From an uncultured delta proteobacterium (GTDB taxonomy: Bacteria > Myxococcota > Myxococcia > Myxococcales > Myxococcaceae), in NCBI GenBank assembly GCA_963771175.1, contig CAVYSY010000045.1, positions 131,748 through 195,747 of the forward strand: a stretch of 64,000 nt of DNA, written 5' to 3'. Shown here one piece after another: positions 53,273 to 64,000 of the stretch (its first letter is position 1; every line of letters begins with the position of its first letter). The notes under the pieces were generated by a model. It was not told the DNA's origin. It did not search any database and worked only from the letters and a program-made list of their open reading frames with translations. The position numbers and the translations under genes were made by a program.

Positions 53273-55638
53273 TTACCGGGCCCGCGCCGCCTCCAGCAGC
53301 AGGCGCCGCTCGGCAGAGGCGATCACCCGCCGCGCCGCGGCCGCCGCGCCCGGGTCCACCGAGATGGAGGTGATGCCCGCGCGCACCAGGTGCTCGGCGA
53401 ACTCGGGCCGGTTGCGACGGCGCCTGCCCGCACAGCGAGGAGGTGATGCCCGCCTCCTGCACGCGTGGATGATGCGCACGATGGCGTCCAGCACCGCCGC
53501 GTCCGACTCGTCGAACAGCTCCGCGCACGTCTCCGAGTCCCGGTCCACCCCCAGCATGAGCTGCGTCAGGTCGTTCGAGCCGATGGACACCCCCGTCGAT
53601 CCCCAGCCGCGCGTACTCGGGGATGCGGTAGACCACCGAGGGCACCTCCGCCATCACCCAGCGCTGCAGCTCGCGCTGGCGGCCCAGCGGGCTCGCGTCG
53701 ATGAGCCTCCAGGCACGCCTCCAGCTCCCAGCGCGTGCGCACGAAGGGAATCATCACGTGCAGGTTGGGCGTCTCCTCGCGCACCCGCGCCAGCGCCTCC
53801 AGCTCGAGCTGGAACACCTCCGGCTCGCGGATGTAGCGGTAGCAGCCGCGGTAGCCGATCATCGGGTTGTGCCTCCTGGGGCTCGTACTCGTCGCCGCCC
53901 TCCAGGCCGCGGAACTCGTTGGTGCGGAAGTCCGTCGTCCGGTACACGACCGGGCGCGGCAGGAAGGCACGGGTGATCTGCAGCAGCGAGGCGATCATGC
54001 TGCTCCACGAACTCGCGCTGCTCGCCCCTGCGCCAGCAGCTCGCTGCGGGTGCACGCCGCCGAGCGCCTCGGTGAGCATGAACTCGGCGCGCAGCAGGCC
54101 CACGCCATCCACGGGCATCGCCGCCACCTCGCGCGCCTGCCCGGGCAGGGCCAGGTTGACGTAGAGCTTCGTGGCCAGCGGCTCCGGCTCGGAGGCCGCC
54201 ACCACCATGCCCGCCGGCCCGGCCGCCGTGACGATGGGCGGGGCCTCGGGAGCCAGCTCGACGCGGCCCTCCAGCACCTCGCCGGTGGCGCCGTTCACCG
54301 TCACCTCCTCGCCGTCGCGCAGCACCCGGGTCGCCGAGCGCGAGCCGACCACGCAGGGGATGCGCAGCTCGCGGCTGACGATGGCGGCGTGGCTCGTCAT
54401 GCCACCGCTGTCGGTGATGATGGCGATCGCGCGCCGCAATGGTGGGCACCCAGTCCGGCGACGTCATCACCGTGACGAGGATCTCCCCCTTCTGCAGTCG
54501 CGGGCCCTCCTCGGGCTTGCGCAGCACCCGCACCCGGCCGGAGACGATACCCGGCGAGGCTCCCAGGCCGGTGACGAGCACCTTGCCCTTCGCCTCCTTT
54601 GTCGTGGCGGGCGGCTTCAGCCGGCGTGGTGATGGGACGCGTCTGCACCAGGTAGAAGCGCCCGCCTTCCTCGGCCCACTCGGCGTCCTGGGGCGAGCCG
54701 TAATGCTGCTCCACCCGCAGCCCCAGCCGGGCCATCTCCAGCACCTCCTCGTCCCGCAGCACCCGCTGCTTGGCCTCGTCCTCGTTCAGCGTGACGCGGC
54801 GCTGCTGGCCGGTGCCCTCGCGGATGAGCTTGAAGTCCTTGTGCCCCACCCGCACCTCGAGCAGGCGAGGCCCCTGCTTGAGCACCGTGTAGGTGTCTGG
54901 CTCCACCTGCCCGCCCACCACCACCTCGCCCAGCCCGAAGGCGCCCTCGATGACCAGCCGCCCAGTGTCCCCGGTGGCCGGGTCCGCGGTGAACATCACC
55001 CCCGAGCGCGCCGAGTCCACCATCTCCTGTACCACCACGGCGATGGAGGGCTCCTCGGTGAGGCCCTGGCTCTTGCGGTAGGCCACCACGCGCTCGCCAT
55101 AGGCCGAGCACCAGCATGCGAGCAGCTTCTCCAGCAGCACGTCATCGCCCACCACGTTGGTGAACGACTCGTGCATGCCCGCGAAGGAGGTGGTGGCCGT
55201 GTCCTCGGAGGTGGCTGACGAGCGCACCGCCACCGCGCGGCCAGCGCCCAACTGGTGGTAGGCGTCGAGCAGGGGCTTGCGCAGCTCCTCGGGGAGCGTG
55301 AGCCCGCGGATGAGTTCCTTCAGTTGCTTGGAGTGAGCGGCGAGCGACTCGAGGTTGTCCGGGTCGATGCGCTTCCAGATTTCCGACACCTGGCTCTGCA
55401 CTGGCTCGATGCCCTTCTGGAAGGCGGCCGCGGTGATGACGAAGCCACGGGGGACGGGCAGGCCCGCCCGTGTCATCTCGCCCAGGTTGGCCCCCTTGCC
55501 GCCCGCGATGGGCACGTCCTTCCGGGTGAGCGCGTCGAACCAGAGGACGTAGGCAGGCTCCTGCCCTCGAGATTTCGAACCCGGGCCCGCGGCCTGCCCT
55601 GCGGTGTGCCCCTTCGCCATCATGGATCTGTTGCTCAT
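53273..55638 (-). CDS. ppsA: Phosphoenolpyruvate synthase (pyruvate, water dikinase); frameshifted
   Basis: [39 protein letters not shown] (phospho-His), [18 protein letters not shown]. Confidence 0.93.
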
Positions 55639-55793
55639 GCTCAAGCCTCCGCAGTAGCCCCAAAGGTCTGTCCGCTCCCTCGAACTGGCAGGCACGTCGT
55701 ACGCGGGGGCGAGAAGGGCGAGCGCGCGAAGTCCCGCCAGGGCAGGCAGCGGGCGGGGAGGAAGGCGAGCGTGGAAGCGAGCGCTCGCAGGTG

Positions 55794-57344
55794 TCAGAAC
55801 GAGTTGCGCACCTGTCCGTGGCGCATCTGCCGGGTCAGCTGGCTGTAGTGGTAGTGGCAGGCGCACTTGATCAGGTAGACGAGCGCAAGCTCGGAATCCG
55901 GGCGCTCCCTCAGGGCGCGGGCGAGGCGCCAGACGTACTCGCGCCGCAGCTCGGCGCTCGGGAGGTTGCGCAAGAGCCGGCCGCTCAGCACCGCGGCGGT
56001 GGCGAGATTCATCGCCTGGCTCGCACCGCGGCGCAGCGGGTGCTCCCGCCAGTAGCGCTCGCGGCCGCGCGCGTAGGCGAGCCTGCCGCGCAGGAACAGG
56101 GACTCCACCCGATCGAAGTAGGCCTCGGGCCGGTACAGCTCCTCCATCAGCCACCGGTAGCCGTCGCGCAGCTGCTCGCGGGTCATGCGCTTGGGGATGA
56201 CGTTGGTGCCGAAGGCGGGCTCGTCCGCCGGGTCCAGGCGGCCCTCCTTCGCCAGCCGCGCGTGCAGGGGGGTCTTGGGGATGGCGGACAGCATGCCCAC
56301 CATCACGTGCGCGGCGCCTCGCGCACGAACTCGAGGTGTCTGCGGAACACGTCGGGCCCGTCCGCGTCGAAGCCCACGATCATCCCGCCCCACACCTCCA
56401 GGCCCGCCTCCGGATGGTGTGCACCCGCGAGAGCAGGGTGCCCGCGCGCGGGCGCACGTTCTGCAGCTTCTTCGTCTCCAGCAGCGCCGCGTCGTCCGGG
56501 CTCTCGATGCCCACGAACACGCTGACGATGTTGGCGTCCACCATCCGCCGCATCAGCTCCGGGTCGGCGAGATCGAGCGACGCCTCGGTGAAGAAGGAGA
56601 AGGGGTAGCCGCGCCGCTGCTGCCAGGAGGCCACCTCGTCGAGCAGCGGACGGATGGCCTTCTTGTTGCCGATGAGGTTGTCGTCGACCATGAAGACGTG
56701 GCGCACGCCCCGGGCGTGTAGCGCCTCCAACTCGGCGATGACCTGCGGGGCCGTCTTCAGCCGCGGGCGCCGGCCGAAGGTGACGATGATGTCGCAGAAC
56801 TCGCACTGGAAGGGGCAGCCACGCGTCAGCTGGATCGAGCCGAAGAGGTAGCGGTCCATCTTCAGCAGGTCCCAGCGGGGCACGGGCACCGTGGACAGGT
56901 CGGTCTTCTCAGCCTGCTCGTAGCGCCGGGCATGGCGCCCTCCGCCCACTCGACGAGGAAGCGCGGCCAGGTCTGCTCGGCCTCGCCCACGAAGATCACA
57001 TCGGCGAGGGGGCCGAACTCATCCTCGCGCACCGTGACCCAGGGGCCGCCCACGACCGTGAACGCGCCGCGCCGCTTGAGCTCGGCGAGAATCTCTCGCA
57101 TCCGCCGGCGCTGCACCCCCATGCCGGTGACGCCCACGATGTCCGCGCCCATCAGCCGGTCGAAGTCGAGCGCTTCGACGTTCTCGTCGAGCAGGGTGAC
57201 CTGGTGCCCGGTGGGGGTGAGCGCGGCCAGCAACGGCAGCGAGGCCACGGGCATGTTGGCCCGTTTACCGAGCAGCGGCAGCACGTGCTCCATCCCCCAG
57301 AACGAGGCCTCGAAGCGCGGATTGATGAGGACGATGTGGGCCAT
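55794..57344 (-). CDS. B12-binding radical SAM protein (DUF4070-type C-terminus); frameshifted
   Basis: VVGGPWVT, TRGCPFQCEFCDI (CxxxCxxC), VDDNLIGNK, GIES, GMIVGFD, AIPKTPL. Confidence 0.9.
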
Positions 57345-57497
57345 GGTCGCGCGGGTGGGCACGGCGCTCGCGCCTGTGCGACAGGCTCCGGATTCTCGCG
57401 CCCTTTGGCAATGCGCTGCGGGGGCAGGGGGGCTGTGCGGATCCGGACACCGAGCCGAGTGGAGCTCGCTGATGGGTAGGTTCGACATGTCCATCGG

Positions 57498-57588
57498 GAG
57501 ATAAAACTCCTCACCGTGGAGAGATATAAATCCTCTCATCCTGTCTCTCTCAGGGTTGCGGCCGGAAATGGAGAGGAATAAGAATCTC
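57498..57588. promoter_or_regulatory. Three related motifs (GAGAT-N5/6-TCCTC), candidate TetR operators
   Basis: GAGATAAAACTCCTCAC at 57498, GAGATATAAATCCTCTC at 57521, and inverted GAGAGGAATAAGAATCTC at 57571 overlapping the TetR -10 region. Confidence 0.5.
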
Positions 57589-57591
57589 GCC

Positions 57592-58208
57592 ATGGGAAGG
57601 ATATCGGGCTCGCGCAACCGGGATCATGAGCTGACACGTTCGAGGCTCGTGGAGAGCCTCGCGCGGCAGATCCTCATGGCGGGTGGCACGCACCCGAGCC
57701 TGCGGGTGCTCGCGGAGGGAGCCGGGGTGGACCCGGGCACGCTGCGGCACTACTTCGGCGATCGTCGCGGGGTGGTGCAGGCCGCCTTCGAGCACCTGAT
57801 GAAGTTCGGGCAGGAGCGCCAGGCCTGGGCGAAGAGCCTGGCCGAGCAGCCGGCGCGCCCGGCCTTCCATCACCTGCTCGAGCAGATCTCCATCGCGTGG
57901 ACGGGGGCGCTGGGTGGCATGCACGCCGCCGGTTTCGCCGAGGGCATGAGTGACTCGGAGCTGGGGCAGCTCTCCCCTCCATCTTCGAGCCCACGCTCAA
58001 CTCCATCGAAGAACTGCTCATCATCTTCCACGCGCGTGGCGAGTTGTCGGTGCCGGATGCGCGCGTCGCCGCGCTCGCGCTGCTGTCACCGGTGCTGATG
58101 GCGCTCTTCCACCAGCACCAGTTGCAGGGACGCCGCTGTCGTCCGCTCGACCTCGAGGTCTTCATCGAGCGGCACCTCGACGGCTTCATGAAGGGCTACG
58201 CGAAGTAA
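57592..58208 (+). CDS. TetR/AcrR family transcriptional regulator (frameshift near 57970)
   Basis: SLRVLAEGAGVDPGTLRHYFGDR HTH; C-terminus ...LEVFIERHLDGFMKGYAK*. Confidence 0.85.
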
Positions 58209-58239
58209 TCCAAACGTCGTTCCAAACGGGAGTCATTCC

Positions 58240-59617
58240 ATGACCGCGTCGCGGTTGCTGTCTTGTTGCGTCCTGTTGTCCGTCCTCGTGGCGTGCCAGG
58301 AGAAGGAGATTCCCCAGGTCCCCGAGAAGGTGGTGGGCCACTGCCTCTACACGAACAAGTTCAGCGATCTCCAGGAGTGCCGCGACTACGTCGGGGAGTG
58401 GACCGAGCAGGAAGCGGTGGAGGATTGCAAGGACCAGGGCTCGACGGTCGAGCTGGGCTCGGCGTGCAACATGGAGGAGCGGCTGGGCTACTGCTTCCTG
58501 GAGGGCGGGGACGAGAAGTGGTCGCGCATCACCTTCCCCGGCGTGGACGCGCAGACGTGTGGCACCATGCAACGCGGGTGTGAGCTCTTCGGTGGCGGCG
58601 TGTTCGACCCGTCTCCCGTCTGCGGCGGGAAGGTGGTGGACATGGGAGACACGGGGCTCCCGACGTTCCAGCAGCCGGTGCTCACGTGTGTGGACCCCAA
58701 GCAGGGCGAGCCGCCCGGGATGTCGGAAGGGGGGAAGGTCTGCACGTGGGAGATGATCTCCCGGCGCCACCGAGCCCGGCCGCAGCTTCAACGAGTACGC
58801 GAGCTGCGACCGCGTGCGCACCCAGCGCCCGTACTACCCGGTGCCTCCCGCGGAGAACGCGGAGCGGGACGACGCGCGCATGAAGGATCCGACGTACGTC
58901 TCCGAGCTCAACTGGGTGAGGTCGCAGATTGAGTCGACCGCCTGTGTCTGCTGTCACTCGACGCGCGCGCCCAAGGGCCCCTCGAACTGGTTCGTCGAGT
59001 CGCCGGGCAACTTCATCAACTCCTTCTATCCGCGAGGCCTGGCCATGGGGGCCGGGTGGATCAACACCGTCGGCTTCGGCGCGTATCGGCCCGAGCACAA
59101 CAACGGCTTCTCTCGCGGGTCGCCCGAGCGCCCGAACGGACTCCATCTTCGTCACGACGGACGCGGAGCGGATTGCGCGCTTCTTCGAGTCCGAGCTCGC
59201 CCATCGCGGCTATAAGCGCGAGGATTTCGCCGACCAGCCGTATGCGGGCCCGCTCGATGACCAGCGCCTGACAGGCCCACCGCCTGCGCGAACGGTGAAG
59301 GCACAGCGCCGATGGCACCCTCAACTGGCGCGGGGGCAAGGCCCGCTACGTGTATGTGCTCGAGCAGGAGGCCACGTCCCAGCGGTCCGCCGAACCTCGA
59401 CCTGCCCGAGGGCACGCTGTGGCGCATCGACGTGCCCGACGAGGGGTTCCCGTGGCGAGTGGAGCGGTGCGCTACCCGGCGTCATCCCCGCCGGCATGTC
59501 CCAGCGCTTCCCGGCGAGCGGCCAGCCGGTCGCGCTGACGAGCGAAGACCTTCTACCTGGTACGTGCTCGCGGACATCATCGTCCCCGTCACCCGCTGTC
59601 TCTTCGTCGCGCCGTGA
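58240..59617 (+). CDS. Cys-rich lipoprotein with a CxxCH motif (uncharacterised; frameshifted)
   Basis: Lipobox LVAC, many paired Cys, STACVCCHS; pieces in ORFs 58240, 58814, 58929 and 59312. Confidence 0.7.
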
Positions 59618-59623
59618 TACCGA

Positions 59624-59651
59624 GACCGGGCCGGCCTCCCCCAGCCCGGTC
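59624..59651 (+). terminator. GC hairpin after the lipoprotein gene
   Basis: GACCGGGC-N12-GCCCGGTC, no U-tract. Confidence 0.3.
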
Positions 59652-59817
59652 ATGGCGTGGCGGAAGGGGGCTCCGGCACGGGTGCGCTCTGCGCGGTGTC
59701 GTTACGCAAAGCCCATTCCTGTTGAGAGGTGCCCGTCTTCTGTCCCTTTTGAACACCCTCTTCCTCACCCGCGGATTCCCGTTCGGCCCTGCGCGGCCAG
59801 GTGCGCGTCTCGTACAC

Positions 59818-61935
59818 ATGGGGGTGGACGACGAGCAACGCCAGCAGCAGCCTGTCGCTCGAGGTGGGCAAGCTCAAGGGCTGGGTCGTCCCGGCCACGT
59901 GGGTCCGGTCGCAAATCCCGAGGAGCGGTTGGATATGATGTTGCCTCTTCTTCAAGGCTCTATGTGCCGTTGCCGCGCGTTGTCCCGAAGCGTCTTTCCT
60001 GTCGAAGCTGCGCGGTGTTTTTGGTCGGACCTACCAACGGCGGCCTACCAGACGCTGCGCAAGGCGCTGCTGGACAAGACGTTGGTGCTGCCCAGGATCG
60101 AACTGGTGACCTCGGGGCTCATGGGCCATGAAGCCGGTTACGACAACGCCCGGCGGGTCATCATGGTGGACCGCCAGTTGGTGTCCCTGGCGGAAAGGGA
60201 CAAGTCCAAGGCGGCGACGTTGCTCGTGGCCCTCGTCGAGGAGTTCGGCCACCATGTGGACAACCTGCTGCGCACCGAGTTCTCGCGGCAGGGAGGTGAT
60301 GGGCCACGCGATGAAGGGACTGAGCTGGCGAGCACCCTCTATACCCAATGGCAGGCGCCACCGCCCACCAGCAGCCCCTTCGCCACCAGTATCCGCGCCG
60401 GGGACCCACCTTGAGCACCGATACCGCTTCGTTCCCTTCAGAGAGCGCTCTCCAGCGGCACGATCGAGCAGGATCGCGCCGATGACGCGAAGGCGGGCCC
60501 AGTTCAATTCTTCGGGGCTGGGGCGAGGACATGGAAAGGCGGGCAAGTCCTTCGGTCACGAGTCGATTGAAGACGCCCTGGAGAAGCTCTTTTCCAGCCC
60601 GGGAGCAGCGGCGTCGATCTGACTTTGGAAACTGGCTGCGGGACTACTCGCAAGCCATCGATCGGCGATCCGTCCCGCCAGGAGCAGAGACATTTCCGAG
60701 GGCTTTACCGTGATGCGCTGACACGTGTCCTGGACGTCCTGCGCGCGAAGAATTCGGAACGTGCCCACGTTCGCGGTCACGCCGCAAAGCTTGGCGGTAC
60801 CGGCCCGAGGAGCACATCGACAATCCGCATGGCATCGAGGACAAGTCGGGCGACGACAAGGACTTTCGCAAGAAGTGGACGGCAGCCGAAGTCGCCATCG
60901 ATCCAGCCACGGGCATGCTCAACTACATCGCCAATCGCAAAGGCAATTGGGTCACTTCCTCGGCATCGAGAGGAGTGAACGCGGCGTGACCTTCATTGGC
61001 AATACGCCCGATGGATTACGCCGCCTGGGACATGCGCTGCATACGCTTGAGGACTTCTACGCCCACAGCAACTTCGTGGAATTGTTGCTCATCAAACTGG
61101 GGTATAGCCAGGTTATCCGGGCCCATCGGAAATTCTCGGCGCCCACTTCGAGGTATCCCTCGTCATGCGGGGGACAAGTTTGGCTCAAATGACATCCAGG
61201 TCAGCTTGGCCTGACGTCTGAGAACTGACGGCGAAAGTGAAGAAGTACGTGGCGGGAGAACGTTCCACTTCCGCGCAGATTCTGCTCATCCTTCTCGAAG
61301 CGTATCCCCGGAACATCTCGACCCCAAGTACGTGAGAATGTACGAGGGGTACTTGAAGGTGATAGAGAATTTGTCGCGAGAGAACCCCAAGGTTGGCAAG
61401 GCGCTCGATGATGCTTCCAAGTTTCTCTCGGCGCTGCCGGATGCAATCCTTGCCTCCCAGGCGAAGAATCACGCAACGGGTGTGACGAAGTCTGCAACAG
61501 GAGTTCCTGAAGAACCCCGCCTTCCTCCACCCGACGCATAGCCAGTTCGCAAGGACGACGACCATCCCCTGCATTGCTTGGCTGCCACGCTGGCGATGGG
61601 AGCGGTACGGATGTGGGGTGCGTGATGGCCGAGGTCTGGAAGCAGCGGAATCCGGATGATGTCATTCGGGAGGCGCTCAAGTACTCTGGTTCATCCAGAG
61701 GACATTCAGAAACACGGCCAGCGATGGTCGAGCGTGGCTTCAAGCTGACCCTCCAATGCGAAGGCGAACCCCAAGCACCCAGCTCCTCCAACGGGCCGCC
61801 ATCATCAACCGGCAGTTCACGGAGGCCGAGCATGCCCAGGCCAGGCTTCGCGCTCGTCAGGAAAAGTACGGCAAACCCGAGGAGTTGCTGGCTCAATTGC
61901 GCAGCACCTTGGAGAGGGAGCAGGGGCTGGTATGA
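59818..61935 (+). CDS. Het-C (heterokaryon incompatibility C)-domain protein with N-terminal EEFGHxxD domain; heavily frameshifted, start uncertain
   Basis: LVEEFGHHVDNLLR (~60235), FGHESIEDAL (60551), FGNWLRDYSQAID (60624), EEHIDNP (60808), LGHALHTLEDFYAHSNFVELLL (61025), PTHSQFA.DD (~61531). Confidence 0.82.
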
Positions 61936-62498
61936 GGCCCTCCTGGAAGCTCTCGCTCCGGCGGTCACCCGACGACAGGAGTGGGCGGCCCCGCATGTAC
62001 TCGAGTGGCGCCAAAGGACTCCCTAAGGCTCCTCCCCCAACCCGGTCCCGCTGATTTCGGGCACGATCCAATACAACGGCCGCACGCTCCCTCCTCGCCG
62101 CTGCCCAGTCAATTGAGTACCTGGAGCAGGTCTTGGCAACCACTCGCGCAAGATTGAGGTCGCTGACGATGTCTACGTGTGGGATTAGGTTGGCATCTAT
62201 TCGATTGCATCACGTCGATGCACCGTACTCCGAGGCTTCGCTGTGCAACTGAATCCACCGGACCGCGGCTTGGGGCGTCCCTGAGTACTCTCCACGGAGC
62301 ACCTTCCAGGGTCGGCTTTGCGTGGACGGAGCAATATCACTTCGCACTCACGTGTAGAGGACTTGAATCGGAACAAGCGGGGGCAGCTGTTCGCCAAGGG
62401 GTACCTCGATAGCATCTATAGCTATGACATCGTCTCTCCCACGCAGGTCTACGCTCGCATTCAGAGCGACCGATGACGGTCGAGCTGAGTTGTTCTAG
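61932..62498 (+). CDS. Putative immunity-type lipoprotein (not in ORF track; frameshifted)
   Basis: Manual translation across frames: MRPSWKLSL...ACTRVAPKDS...GTIQYNGRTL...IEYLEQVL..HSRKIEVADDVYVWD*VGIYS...PRSTFQGRLCVDGA...VEDLNRNKRGQLF. ATGA overlap with the presumed Het-C stop. Confidence 0.6.
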
Positions 62499-62659
62499 AC
62501 GGCGTTTGACGAGAGCCCGTAGAGCGTGTCCTCCCGGGGGCGGTTAGCGCTGCTGCGCAGGAACTCTCCACCTTTTCCAGCGCGTACTACCATCTTCGTC
62601 ACGACGGAACGCCAGCGGACCCGGCCTCTGCCTGTTCCTGATGCGCTACACTCGCGTCC

Positions 62660-63192
62660 ATGCAGAGCAAAGCCACCACCGTTTACCAGTACCTCGCCGC
62701 GCTTCCGGGAGGACCGCCGCGCGGCGATCTCCGCCGTGCGCAACGTCGTCTCGAGCACCAGGTTACGAGGAGGGCATGCAGTACGGGATGATCGGCTACT
62801 ACGTCCCACAAGGCGTTCCCCGCCGGCTACCACTGCGATCCGAAGCAGCCGCTGCCGTTCGCGTCGCTGGCGTCAGAGAGCGCACACGGCCGTTCTACCT
62901 GATGTGCATTACGGCGCCGGAGTACGAGCAGTGGTTCCGCGAGGCGTGGCGGAGACGGGCAAAGAAGCTCGACATGGGCAAATCGTGCGTGCGCTTCAAG
63001 AAACTCGAGGATGTCGCGCTCGATGTGATTGGCGAGGCCATTCGCCGTGCGCCCGCGAAGGCGTACATCGAGCACTACGAGTCCGTATTCGACGGCCGGA
63101 GAAGAAGAGGCGCCGGGCGCCGCGAAGAGCAAGCCGGCCGCGAAGAAGCGCGCGAGCACTCGGATTTCAGCACGGCTGAAATCCACGGCTGA
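62660..63192 (+). CDS. DUF1801 domain protein (frameshifted)
   Basis: MQSKATTVYQYLAALPEDRRAAISAVR...GYEEGMQYGMIGYYVP...KKLDMGKSCVRFKKLED. Confidence 0.85.
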
Positions 63193-63300
63193 GGGCGCGG
63201 AGGTCGCACCGCACATTGACAGCGCCGATCGCCTCTTCAAGTGCAGACGGCGTTTCGAACAGAACCGTTCGTTTCATGGGGTGAGGTCGTGTCTCAACCA

Positions 63301-64000
63301 ATGATCCGGATCGAAGGTCTGACCAAGAGCTACGGGACCACGCAGGCGCTGCGTGGGGTCAGCTTCGCAGTTGGAGGGCAGGTGGTGGGATTCCTGGCTC
63401 AATGGGGCCGGGTAAGTCCACCACGATGAAGGTTCTCGCCGGCTTCGTGACGCCGACGTCCGGCACGGCGAGCATCAATGGCATCGACGTCAGTGTCGAC
63501 TCGGTCGCGTCCCGACGGGTCGATCGGATACCTGCCCGAGAACAACCCCCTCTACGAGGAGATGATGGTCCGGGACTACCTGGATCGTCGCCGAGGCGAG
63601 GGGCATTCCCAAGGCAGCGGCGCCGAGCGGATCGCAACGCGGTGGATTGCTGCGGCCTTCGCGCGCTGGGCAAGGACATCCACCAGTCCGAAGGGCTACC
63701 GGCAGCGCGTGGGCCTGGCGCAGGCCATCGTGCACGATCCGGATGTGCTCATCCTGGACGAGCCGACGACGGGCCTGGACCCCAACCAGATCGTCGAGAT
63801 CCGCGGCCTCATCAAAGAGCTGGGGAAGGAGAAGACGGTCATCCTCAGCACCCACATCCTGAGCGAGGTGCAGAGCACCTGCAGCCGGGTGCTCATCATC
63901 AACGATGGGCGCCTGGTCGCGGACGACGCGCCGGAGCGGCTGGGGAAGGGCGAGGAGGGGACGGTCACCGTCGCGCTCGGCGTCGCGGACGGGGGCCACG
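63301..64000 (+). CDS. ABC transporter ATP-binding protein (GldA-like); frameshifted, runs off window
   Basis: MIRIEGLTKSYG, GKSTTMK, YLPENNPLY, SKGYRQRVGLAQAIVHDPDVLILDEPTTGLDPNQI, LSTHILSEV. Confidence 0.9.

Noticed and set aside
14580..55750. GGCAGGC/GCCTGCC words in several intergenic regions as a shared operator
   Set aside because: Short and GC-rich with inconsistent spacing; cannot be distinguished from background without statistics.
55794..57344. Radical SAM as hopanoid methylase HpnP or a RiPP maturase
   Set aside because: The architecture is compatible with the HpnP-like family, but there are no hopanoid genes or precursor peptide nearby; a specific call is unsupported.
1..64000. 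CRISPR arrays, rRNA/tRNA, IS elements, integrases, prophage or anti-phage defence genes
   Set aside because: No spaced repeat arrays or diagnostic motifs were recognised by eye; small RNAs could have been missed.

Overview
Very GC-rich DNA, probably from a myxobacterium (inferred from the DUSAM-type gene, the many lipoproteins and a sigma54-controlled copper locus). It reads as an accessory stress, metal and redox region. It contains a secreted S8 protease, an AraC/transglutaminase pair, a serine hydrolase, two P-type ATPases, GCS2, a ferritin-like protein, Glu/Leu/Phe/Val dehydrogenase and a copper cluster (Csp3, CusCBA-like RND pump, histidine kinase plus NtrC-type regulator, cupredoxin, TolC plus multicopper oxidase). 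It also carries a CBS protein, two MacAB/FtsX-type ABC systems, a di-heme peroxidase, a ppsA-nuoF-like-fdhA operon, a B12 radical SAM enzyme and TetR plus a Cys-rich lipoprotein. The best candidates for undescribed systems are two AT-richer toxin-immunity-like pairs: a Het-C-domain protein followed by a lipoprotein missing from the ORF track (59.8-62.5 kb), and a small Cys-rich lipoprotein plus a DUSAM-like protein (40.8-41.6 kb). Many genes are broken by single-base frameshifts that look like long-read consensus errors, and several have larger truncations or mosaic junctions. I saw no rRNA, tRNA, CRISPR array, transposase or integrase. All family calls come from motif recognition by eye; no searches were run.
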